DNA from: Octopus bimaculoides
Lineage: Eukaryota
DNA: 64,000 nt
Assembly (NCBI RefSeq): GCF_001194135.2
Contig: NC_068982.1
Location: forward strand, 105,158,774-105,222,773
Reading direction: 5' to 3'
Shown here: positions 1 through 11,432 of the stretch, piece by piece
How positions within the stretch are numbered: the first letter of the stretch is position 1
Layout of the letters: every line of letters starts with the position of its first letter
Translations under genes and position numbers: made by a program
The notes under the pieces: model-generated
Databases searched by the model: none
Told to the model about the DNA's origin: nothing
The model's input: the letters and a program-made list of their open reading frames with translations, nothing else

Positions 1-681
1 GGGTGATACCAATAACGCTGTCAGTAATGGTGGCAATAGTAATAGTGGTGGTTGTAGTTCTGATAGTGATGATGGTTATAGTGGTAGCAGTGATAATGGT
101 GGTGGTGGTGGTGGTGGTGGTAGCAGTAGTTGTTTAACACTAATTATGCTAAGGTAGATATCAAAGCTACCATAGCATTGTTCATTGTTCTCATTTCCCT
201 CCCTACGTGGTCTGGCTCATTCACTACTGTATGCACCAAAGCCACTGTCATAGTATTTCAAAAGAAAGATTTTAATTAATAATCAATCTTTCAGATACCA
301 ACCAATCTTTTGAACAATCTTTCTTTCTTTCTTTCGTTCTTAACTTATTTAACAGTCACCTGACTAATTCACACATAAACACGTACATACACATAAGCGC
401 ACACACACACACCAACACATGTAGACACACATTCTCTTAGACTAAGTCATCTGACCAATTCACTCAAAGATACACACACACACACACACACGCTCACATT
501 ATACAGAGACACATTGAAGCATGCGCAAATACATTTACAAACATGCATTACAATAGATAAACTTACTCGTATTTAAAAAACACATACAAACACTGAGTTA
601 TAAACACATACACGGACACAGATTGTCTAGGACAGAAACGCAAATATACAAAAAAATACACATATATGCAGATAGATACTA

Positions 682-713
<32 letters not shown>

Positions 714-2277
714 ACACACAAGTAACAAACACATGCTCCAGTTTTAAGATGTATTTGTTTGATGTAAAAATTTTAATTGGATGTAAAATAATTATTTGAA
801 GTTTAATATTACCAATACTATGTCATTGAAAAAAATATAATCAATCATAAGAAAGTGAAACAGAATCAGTGGTAATGGTAAAGCAGAACAAAACCATTGT
901 GAAATATATGGGGAAAAAAAGAAATTGATTTTAGTGTTAAAACTGAATGTTTTAAAACCTAATCAAGATTGCAAATATTCATTTTTTTGTTGTCCTTCCA
1001 TACTTCAGACATCATCATTATCATCATGATTATCATTATCATCATCATCTCTACCACGTCTTCCTTACCCATCATACCACTATTGCTATTTTTCTATTCA
1101 GTTTCATTTCCTACAACCAATATGTAGTTGCCAATCACTGTCTTTCTTCCATTTCCCACTACCCTACCTTCCCTCCCTCTTGCTCCTATCACTCTGTTTC
1201 CCCTTATGATGCTCATACTCTCTCTTCTGTCATCCTCTTGCTCAAGTTCTTTCTTGGTCATCACTCTCTTTTCTGTTCATCACTTCGGTCATGTTGGTCT
1301 TTGATAAATGAAGACAACATAAAACAGCATAAAACATAAGTCTTGCATGGAATAAAGCAACCTCCTTAGTACTGGTGTTACAGTAAAATGCACCCAGTAC
1401 ACTCTGTAAAATGATTGGCATTTCAATGAGCATCCACCCAGAGAAATCATGCCAAAATGAAATGTACCAATGAGACATGATCTTTTGACCTGTCTAGGAG
1501 GACAGTAACTCCAAATAAGAATTAAACTAGATTATGATGGCCCATCCCCACCATGCCAGCTTGGAAAGTAGACATAAAATGATAATGATCATCATCAACA
1601 TCATCACTATTATCACCACCACAATTGATGTCATAATTATCATTGTTTTGATAATAATTTTCTGCATAGAGGCATCAGATAGATGCTATTGTCGTCCTCT
1701 TTTTGTTATTTCATGAGCAATGTCTGAGATCTTCAGATGTAACCCTACTTCTTCCTACATCCTTCTGAATCTTCATTTGCCATGAGGATCATCCTTTGAA
1801 ATCATAAAATTTCCATCTGGCACCCATCAGTCTGTACAACTATAGTAATTTCTCCTTTGTATATATATATCAGCTGATAGAAACTCACTTATATCCACCC
1901 TTACATGCAGGTCACCATTACCCTGTGAAAGTATGATGCTAGCATCATTTCTTTTTTGAACAAATCTTGCAGGGCTTGGAAGTAAAATCTTTCACATTCA
2001 GTTGTCCATACTTTACTATCATGCTGCATCAAACTTCTAATACATGTTTCCTGCAAACTGGTTTTCATAGAGAAAAAGTGGAGAAAGAGATGGAGATAGA
2101 GAGAGAGAGTGAGTGTGTGTGTGTTTATCACCAACTTCCCTAAATCTCTTGTAACACTTTCTTATTCCAGTTACTATGTTCAAATCACCAAGGTCAGTGT
2201 TTCTCACAGGACACCAGCCTCTACTCCTAAAGAGGTCTTCTGAAAATTGAAAAGAGCAGACAAATTGCTATATTTAA

Positions 2278-2497
2278 CCCTTTAGCATTTAAGCTGGCCA
2301 TATCAAGCCAAAATATTCTACCTGTATTATATGTAAACCAGCCAGATCTTGCCTCTTGCACCTACCTTACAATGTCATATTAAAAACAAACAAGTACATC
2401 ATTGAAATCTCAAAGCTTCAAGGTAATTCATGATTAATTCAAAACAGTGTGAATAAATAAGCTTTACATTTGACAGAATAATCTGTTTGCGAAAGGG
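2278..2497. mobile_element. piggyBac-type MITE, 220 bp
   Basis: TTAA|CCCTTTAGC ... GCGAAAGGG|TTAA; a homologous copy lies at 4104-4839. Confidence 0.8.
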
Positions 2498-3589
2498 TTA
2501 ATAAAAAGAGATAGTTTTAAACCTCATAAAACTTGTCCAATACCACAGCAAAGAAGAAAGAATCATATGGATGTTTTCTTGTTATGTACTTATTTATGAA
2601 CTATTTAATATAGTGTATTTAGTATATAAATTATGTTATTAGATGATACTTAATATAATTAAATTGAAATGTTCAGAATATTTATTTATACAATGGATTA
2701 GTTTTATTTAGAAATTACAAGTGAAAATTGGATAAATTTGTGCCAGCATCCATGGTTATACAAGATAATTTAAATTAAAAATGTGTTTGGTTGAAAATAA
2801 AGTAGTTTGAGAAGAATAATATAAGAATGAGAGCTGGGAGAAAAATTTTTCTAAATCTTTGGCAAGCATGGATTTCTTCATGCTTTGCAGGGAAGCTTAT
2901 AATGAAACTGAATCATGTTCAGAATAGCTTCCTCCTATAGTTCTTTACTGGTGGGTAAGTTGGTGCAAATTGGTCAGTACAGTTATTGCAAAAATAAGAG
3001 ATATGAGTTCGATTCCCATGTGTACTGGGACCTGTTTTTTAGGTGGTGAGCTGACAGAATCGTTAGCATGCCAGGCAAAATGTTTAATGGCATTTCTGGG
3101 TCCCACTGCATGACTCCTTGGCTAAATGTCTTCTACTATAGCCCTAGGTTGAGCAATACCTTGTAAGTAGATCAAAACTTTGTAGAAGTTTGTACGAATA
3201 ATAAAATAGATAACAGGAAACAAAATGTACACCACCATTGCCGCCTCCATCACCACTACCACCACCATCTGCAGCAGCAACAGCAGCAGTAGCAGTAGTA
3301 GTAGTAGTAGTTGTAGTAGTAGTTGTTGTAGTAGTAGTTGTAGTAGCAGCAGCAGCAGCAAAATTTTCTATTTGCTTTTTCAGGCTGGCAGAAATTGAGA
3401 TTTAGTTTATTTTATTTCTTATTGCTGTGATAGTGTTTATGGCTGGGCACACCACTTGTCAACAACTCTTTTCAGTCACTTCTTATGATGTGCAGGGATG
3501 CAGTGTACTTTTTCTGAAACTGGGATTCATATGGCAAACAAAATAAAAGGTATTCATTGAATATATGGGTTCATTTTTTGCACAGTTGT

Positions 3590-3963
3590 TCATCTCATCA
3601 TCATTGTCATCGTCGTCGTCGTCGTCGTCATCGTCATCATCGTCATCATCGTCATCATCGTCATCATCGTCATCATCATCATCATCANNNNNNNNNNCAT
3701 TGAGAAAGAAAAAAAAAACAGCATTATTACAGCGATCATCACTATAGCTATTATTAAGGCCATTTATCATCATCGACATTATCACAATCGTCATCAAATT
3801 CATCATTATCACAGTCATCATAATCATCATCAGCATTATAATAACCATCAACACCTTCGCATTATCACAACCCCTGTCAGCGTCAGTGTCATCATTATCA
3901 TCACCATTGTCATAATCGTCGTCATCATGAACGTCATCATCATCATCATCATCNNNNNNNNNN

Positions 3964-4000
<37 letters not shown>
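3590..4000. repeat. (CAT/CGT)n trinucleotide microsatellite cluster
   Basis: Source of the poly-D and poly-S ORFs. Other microsatellites: (CA)n 670-720, (CT/CA)n 22200-22403, (GA)n 23140-23190, (TATG)n 45247-45380, (CT)n 62850-62965. Confidence 0.95.
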
Positions 4001-4103
4001 TTAACATCCATCTTCATGTTAGCAGTGGTTGGACTCATATTTTTAAAAACAGATTAAGGTGGCAAGCAGGCAGGATTGTTAGTACATTGGACAAAATACT
4101 TAA

Positions 4104-4839
4104 CCCTTTAGCTTTTAAACTGACCATATCCGGCCAAAATACTCTACCTGTTTTATCTTCAAACTGGCCAGATCTGGTCTCCTTCACTTACCCTACAATA
4201 TTATCCTAAAAATAAACAGTTACTTCATTGAAATTTCAAAGCTACAATGTTATGCATGACTAATTCCAATCAATATGAATAAATACTGTATACACTCGCG
4301 GGTAGGTTGCACTTTTTCACCAAAAATTTCAATAAAATTCAGGGGTGTGACCTATCTATTCGACATCACAGGGATCTGAAGTAGAAACCCAAGAATTTGG
4401 GTGTTTCAATCCTGGTAGAATTTAATAACTATATGTAAATGAATAAACACTTTTCTTATGTAACATTTTTTTCTATTCTGCTTGTAATTCTAAATGTTTT
4501 CCTTGTCAAGTTGATATGTATTGATTTTTTTTTGTTGAGTTGTTTTATCAATTAGACTACTTTCATAAAGCCACTTCTGCGAAAATGTTTTAATATTTGT
4601 AAACAAAGTTTTGAAATAAAGGCAAATATTTGATAATATTTAACAAATATTAGTTATATTTACATAAAAAAAAGGGCCATGTAACTCCTCAGATTATAAT
4701 GCAACCTATCTGTGAGTCAACCACAAATACCTACTTTGACAACCCCAAACTAAGGGTGCGACCTATCCACTGGTGTGAATTATCAGCGAGTATATACTGT
4801 AAGCATTACATTTGATAGAGAAATCTGAATGCTAAAGGC
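4104..4839. mobile_element. Second copy of the piggyBac-type MITE, interrupted by a pogo/Tc2-type MITE
   Basis: TTAA at 4100-4103 and 4840-4843; both halves align with 2278-2497. Confidence 0.8.
4286..4799. mobile_element. Tc1/mariner-superfamily (pogo/Tc2-like) MITE
   Basis: Imperfect TIR C(T/A)GTATA(C/T)ACTCGC, TA duplication at 4284-4285 and 4800-4801. Confidence 0.75.
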
Positions 4840-5027
4840 TTAATGACATTTCTTCTGGCTCTTTCTGTTTTGAGTTCAAATTCTGTCAAGGTTAACTTTG
4901 CCTTTCATCCTTTTGAGATTTATAAAATAAGTACCAATTGAGTACTGGGGTAAATGTAATCAAATTACCTCCCCACCCACCAAAAATTGCTGGCCTTGAG
5001 TCAAAATTAGGATATTTTAAAGAAAGA

Positions 5028-5103
5028 TTTATTCAGGAATGACTACATGCGCACAGACATAAAATTAAAATGACAATACTTGGTTTTTTAAGATGACTTT
5101 ATT
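5028..5103 (-). terminator. Candidate polyadenylation signals (AATAAA at 5103-5098 and 5033-5028)
   Basis: Two minus-strand AATAAA hexamers about 155 and 225 nt past the stop; the region is AT-rich, so chance matches are possible. Confidence 0.35.
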
Positions 5104-5256
5104 CATTTTAATACGATAAAAATAATAATTGCAATAATTTCTAGAGAAACAAAAGGAAACGTTTACAAAACCATATAGCAAAAATCTTCATCTGTGAAAA
5201 GTTAAATATATTATCTGCTTGAATATATGAAGGGCTTCTTACAATTATGCTCAGAA

Positions 5257-5561
5257 TTAGGGCATATTTTCAACTGTATAGATTGTGTTCATACCCCCTA
5301 TGATGTGGTCATCAACGTGGCAATGGAGTAACCATTTACCTGGGTTTTCAGGAACCATGACGATGGTTTTAAATGCACCAGGCCATAGATCCAATGTATC
5401 TTTTCTATGTTTGTAGTCTGTATAATGGAGAAATGTGTTGCCATGGAAATGAACAGAATGTATGTCAACTTCAGTTCCCAATCCTATTAAAAACCAGTAG
5501 ACTTTATCTTGTTTCACCATATTCAGACCTTTCAATGCTCCAAAGAGAAAACCATTAATTG
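5257..5561 (-). CDS. Terminal exon L (domain 6): AINGFLFGALKGL...DIHSVHFHGNTF...WLLHCHVDDHIIGGMNTIYTVENMP*
   Basis: Acceptor ttgcag|ca after a poly-T tract; TAA stop at 5259-5257. Confidence 0.96.
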
Positions 5562-5572
5562 CTGCAAAAGTG

Positions 5573-5604
<32 letters not shown>

Positions 5605-8600
5605 TTGTTTGTAGTATTTGTTTTTATTTTGGCAACTACAGCAATGATTGCTTTACATAACACTTATAATATTCATTCTGAAGATGGGTGTAAAAGCTAT
5701 GAACTATGACATTAGCAAACTTGAACATCTTTTTATAAAATATTCTACTAATTGAAATGATTATTATGAGAAATGATATTAAATAGTGCAGAAATGTGGA
5801 GTAGATAAAAATAGTTTATGTTGTTGTTTAGCCCTAGGTCAACTTTGATTAAATGGACTTTTGATCAAATGTATTTAAGTTGTGACACCTATGACATGTA
5901 AAAGACACCCAGTATACTCTGTAAAGTGGGTGGTGTTAGAAAGGCATCCATCCACAGAAACCAAGCCAAAACAGGCAAGTGGAGCCTCATGTAGCACTCT
6001 GACTTGCCAGCTCTGATCAAACTGCCTAACTCATGCCAGCATGAGAAATGGATGTTAAATGATGATGATGATGATGATAGTGTATCTAAGATTATATTAT
6101 CCAATATGTCCTCCCTTTTTTAAGATGAATATGATTTGAGGGATTTGCCTTTCTAAGCAGTTTGTACGACCATATGCATATTCTGATTTCAAACCCTTCC
6201 AAGGTTGACTTTGCTTTTCTTCTCCTCATTCCCAGAGTCAAAATAAAAGACCAGCTAAACACTAGACTCAGTGACAACACCTAACACTCTCCTCTCAAAA
6301 TTACTGGCCTTGTGCCTAAATTAGAAACATCATCATTTTGATGTCCAGTTTTCCATGGATTAGATGGGATTTATTTCAAACAGATTTTCTATGGCCAGAT
6401 ACTTTTCTGTTGTCACCCTTCACCTTTTTCCAAGCAAGATAATATTTCCAATGTACTCACAGAATATAGGAAATGAATGATACTGCTTGTACAACAGTGA
6501 CACTCATTTACAACTGTCACACTATGTCAAGCCAAGGACACAGACACACGCACACACGCACACACACACACACACACCCTCGCCCCTACACACACATATG
6601 TACAACTGGCTTTTTTCAGTTTCTGTCTCCCAAATCCTTTCACAAGGCTTTGGTCAGCTCTGGGATATAGTAGAGGATGCCTGAGGTGCCATGCAGTGGG
6701 ACCGAACCTGGAACCATGTGGTTGGAAAAATAACTTCTTATCACACAGCCACACCTGCACTGTTGTTATTATATCATTAACAGTAATATTATTATTATTT
6801 TTAAGGTGGCAAGCTGGTTGAATTGTTTGCAGGCTGGTTTTACATTCTGGGCTCAACTTTGCCTTTCATCCTTTTGGGGGCTGATAAAATGAATACCAGA
6901 AAGGATTATTATTATTATCATCATCCTCATCACCATTACTATTATCATTATTATTCCTTCATAACACAGGGTAGGTTAAAATGCATTGGAGTCCTTAGTC
7001 ATCTGTCAAGTCACAAGAAGGACCTCAGATAGATAATATATTTCTTAAGATGTGCACTGCGCCCAATAAGGCTGCTTTTTTGTAAGACATCAATCATGCA
7101 TGGAATTTCCAGTTGCCTTAAGAAGTCTTGAAGTTTCAATGGAATTAAGCCCAATGCTCTGATCATCACTGGTATCACTTTTAAATTACCCTCTTGTATT
7201 CCATACAGTCTTACCATTTCCACTTTCATTTCGGAGTACTTGGTGATTTTTTTCAACCTCTTTGCTCACAACGTTTATGTCATTTGGTATGGCTACATCA
7301 ATGATCTGACACTATTTGTCTCTCTTATTCAATATGACAATATCTGGCTAACAGTGTTTGATTTACACGATTCATCTGAAAATCATTATCGCAGAGTACC
7401 ATTACTTTTCCATCCTCCTGCATAACTTTATTTGGTACATGCTCATACCAGTTCTCTGTTACTTCATATTGTTATTTACGGCATAAGAGCCAATGAAGAT
7501 ACACATACACTTTATCGTGGTGGCATTTGTATTCTTATTATGCAAAGCTCTCACATCCACTTACCAAGTGGATCACATTTTTCACAGTCTTTCCACAGAG
7601 TCTGCATTTCTAGATGCCAGAAGTTTCATAGATGTTATACTTCACTGAATTAGTAGTGAGAGCCTGGTCTTGTGCAGCAATGATCAGGCTTTTAGTGGTA
7701 CGCTTCAAATCACTTCACTCAAGCCATGCCCACGATGCTGTATTATCCTTAACGTTTTGTGTATTCCTTTCAAACTGTCCATTCTCATTTCAAGAAGGTC
7801 TTCTTTTCTCTTCTCCTCAACTCTTTGCTTAAACTCTGCCTTGCCCATCATTTCATCTGCATTTACACCCATATCCTTTGCTGCATATTGCAGCAGGTCT
7901 TCATCACTATTTATCAAATGCACGGCAAGAGTTCTCCTTTCACTCTTTATACAATGGTCTATACTAATTAGTCCTGTGCCACCATTCTTTCTTTTCATAT
8001 ACAATCTGTCTACGTTTGCTTTAGCGTGTAGCACTCTATGCAGCGTCATCAACTGTCTCGTCCTTCTATCCAATGTTGATATTTCCTCCTTAGTCCATTT
8101 GAGGATGGATGCACTATATCTGACCAATGCAACTGCCCAGATATTCATTGCGGTAATGAAATTTTTGGCATTGAAGTTGGATTTCAACACCATCTTCACC
8201 CTTTTTTGATACACCTCACTGACCTTGACTTTCATTTCTCTGTGTAGAATATCATCCAGCTCCCAAATCCCTAAATATCTATACCCACTACTGTCAGGTT
8301 CACCCATGGTCTCTCCTGATGGTAACCACAATCCTCTGCAGGCTGCTTTCTTCCCTCTTTTCATATTAAGTACTGAGCATTTGGTAATCCCAAATTCCAT
8401 ACCGATGTCCTACCACACTTCTGGACTGTTTTGGTTAAGGAATCTATCTGTTTCTCAGATTTCCCAAATAATTTCAGGTCATCCATAAACAGAAGATGGT
8501 TCCATGATGGGTCTTTCTTCCCACATCAGTAACCCATCTTAACTTTCCTAAGTGTCATTGTTATGGGTATTCATGCAATTACAAAAAGTGATGGAGAAAA

Positions 8601-9360
8601 TGAGTCACCTTGGAAGATTCCCCTTTTAATATTAACTTCTCTAAGGAATACATTACTGCAGTACAATTTGGTTTTTCACTCTTTCATGCTATGCATCAGA
8701 AAATTTGTGATGTTGTCAGCAACACTAAACATCTGCAGGCATTCAATGATCCAAGAATGAGGTATATTTTATGCCTTCTTAATGTCAATCCAAGCCATAG
8801 ACGTGTTGTATGATGTTTTTTACAATGCCTCAAAACTGTTTTATTGATGACCAGGTGATCCTTGGTACCCTGAGAACTCTTCTTACATCTTTTTTGTTCC
8901 CTTGGTAGTATTTCTTCCTGTGCCAGGAAAGTGTATATCTTTGTCGCATATATTCCAGTGAGTATCTTCCAGATTATGTTTGGGCATGCTATGGGACGGT
9001 AGTTTTCCACAATATTTCCCTTTCTATCTTTCATTACAAGTTGTCCTCCCAATCACCATCCATGTGGGGACACACTCATTCAATTGGGCTGCTAGTCTTT
9101 CATGCACCGCATGGCATCTCTTCAGACATGAATCCCATCTGGTCTGGTTAGGCACTTTACCCACTTGTTCTTTTATGTCCCGCATGCTTATGACAATGTT
9201 CCTTTGTTTCTTTCCTCCTTGTAATTCTGTCTTGATAGTTCCTATCCACATTACATCCCTTTTATGCACCACATTGTTTCTCCATAATCTGCTCCAGAAC
9301 TCCTTGGCTTGATTTGCATCAGGAGCAATATTTCCCCATTGTCTCCTTATAACATTCAGA

Positions 9361-9395
<35 letters not shown>

Positions 9396-9611
9396 CATAA
9401 AGGCAACGAGCTGACAATCATTAGCATGCTGGGCAAAATGCTTAGCAGTATTTCGCCTGTCACTATGTTCTGAGTTCAAATTCCACCAAGGTTAACTTTG
9501 TCTTTCATCTGTTTCAGGTCAACAAATTAAGTACCAGTTGTGTACTGGGGATCAATGTAATCGACTAGTCCCCTCCCCCAAAATTTCAGGTCTTGTGCCT
9601 ATAGTAGAAGG

Positions 9612-9656
<45 letters not shown>

Positions 9657-9885
9657 AAGGTGGTGAACTGGCAGAATCTTTAGAACACTGGGCGAAATGC
9701 TTAGCAGCATTTATTGGTGTCTATGTACAGAGTTCAAATTCTGCCAAGGTTGACTTTGCTTTTCATCCTTTTGGGGCTGATAAATCTAGTACCAGAGAAG
9801 CACTGGGGTTGATGTAAATGATTAGTCTCCTCCTGCAAAATGTTGGGCCTTGTGTCTATAGCAGAAAGGATTATTATTATTATTA

Positions 9886-9926
<41 letters not shown>

Positions 9927-11296
9927 AATATAAGGTGAATTCTGGGGTCAATGTAATCAACTTACTTTCTCCCTCAGAAAATCAGGCCTTGTGCTTATAA
10001 TAAAGACTATTATTGAGTCATCACATAAATAATATGGTTTTTTTATACTTCTTTTATTTTTCAAAATTAAGATAAACAAAGTTCTTTTTTAATTTAAAAT
10101 ATACTCTCCTTCATTTTCTACAATGCTCTTCTATCTATCTGGTAGACTTGCAAGGTCCCTCTTCCAAAATTCACTTGTCTGTGAGGAAAAATACTCATCC
10201 AGTACTGTTCTGACCTTGTCTACAGAATTCATATTTTTTCTGTCCAAATGATTTTGAAGACTGTGGAATAAATGATAATCAGGTAGGGCAATGTCCGGTG
10301 AATATGGTGGGTGGGGCATTGCTTCCCATTGAAACTGCTCCAGCCTATGGAATGTTATCCTCACTGTATGAAGCCAAGCATTATTCTGGTGGTAGAACAC
10401 CTTTCGTTTTGAAACCAAAGATGGTCATTTTTCTTCTAGCACTGAGTTAAGCTGCTCTTCCTGCTCACAGTAGATCCCCTTTGCTATCGTTTGGTTTGGG
10501 TTTAAAAGTTCAAAGTAGACTAAACCTTTCATATCCCACCAAACAGATAACAATACCTTACATGGGTGAAGACCTTCTTTAACCTGAGATGCTGGTGTTT
10601 CTCCTTTCCCTACCCACTGTCCTCAGCACTTGACATTTTTATAGAGAACCCCTTTTTCATCACCAGTCACTATTCGGTCCAAAAAATGGTTCATTCATGA
10701 GACATGACAGCAAAGAAGAGCACACATTCACTCTCTGCATGTGATTAAACTCAGAAAGTTTGTGAGAAACCCATTTGCTAACTTTTCTGATAGTATGCAG
10801 GTGTTGATGAATGATTGAATGACCAAATCCAAGCTTTTCTGCTAGTTCCTCAGTAGTTACAATTGGATTTTGTCCCTCCAGGGTTTGCAGGATGTCCTTA
10901 TCAAACTCTACAGATCTTACAGGATGAGACTTGTCTTCTAGGCTGTAGTTTCCAGCTTGGAATTTCTGGAACTACCGTTGACACAGGCTTACACTTATTG
11001 TCAGATCCCAATATACTGCATTAATATTTCTCGCACTTTCTGTTGCATTCTTGCTTTTATGGAACTCATAAAGCAAAATATGCCAAATATGCTCCATTGT
11101 CACTTCCATTATAGCTTTGAAAAAAATAACTGTTAAAATCGAACTGCACTCTTCAAAACTTGCACTAAGAATAAGTACAAGGTAAAACTACTACCTGTTT
11201 TTATAGCAAGTTGATGCAGTTAGTTTATCCCATTCTGCTCCACTTTTTAGTTCATGCAATTGAAAAAAACTGCATTATTTATGGGATGACTCAATA

Positions 11297-11341
<45 letters not shown>

Positions 11342-11398
11342 GTTGTTTTTTTTTCTTCTTTCTTCAAATTTTCTTCCATTTCTCGCTGAGTGTTTTCC

Positions 11399-11432
<34 letters not shown>

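Larger units (their letters stand above)
4056..5010 (+). mobile_element. tRNA-derived SINE family B copy split by the nested MITEs
   Basis: Head AAGGTGGCAAGCAGGCAG at 4056; the body resumes at 4844 with a B-box GAGTTCAAATTC and the core TTTGCCTTTCATCC. Confidence 0.75.

Noticed and set aside
3122-4007. Poly-L/Q, poly-D and poly-S ORFs
   Set aside because: Translations of (CAG/TAG/CAT)n microsatellites crossing N gaps; no splice or homology support.
9600-9935. Regularly spaced similar sequences resembling a CRISPR-like array
   Set aside because: Eukaryotic SINE copies separated by (ATT)n; no constant repeat-unique spacer structure and no cas genes.
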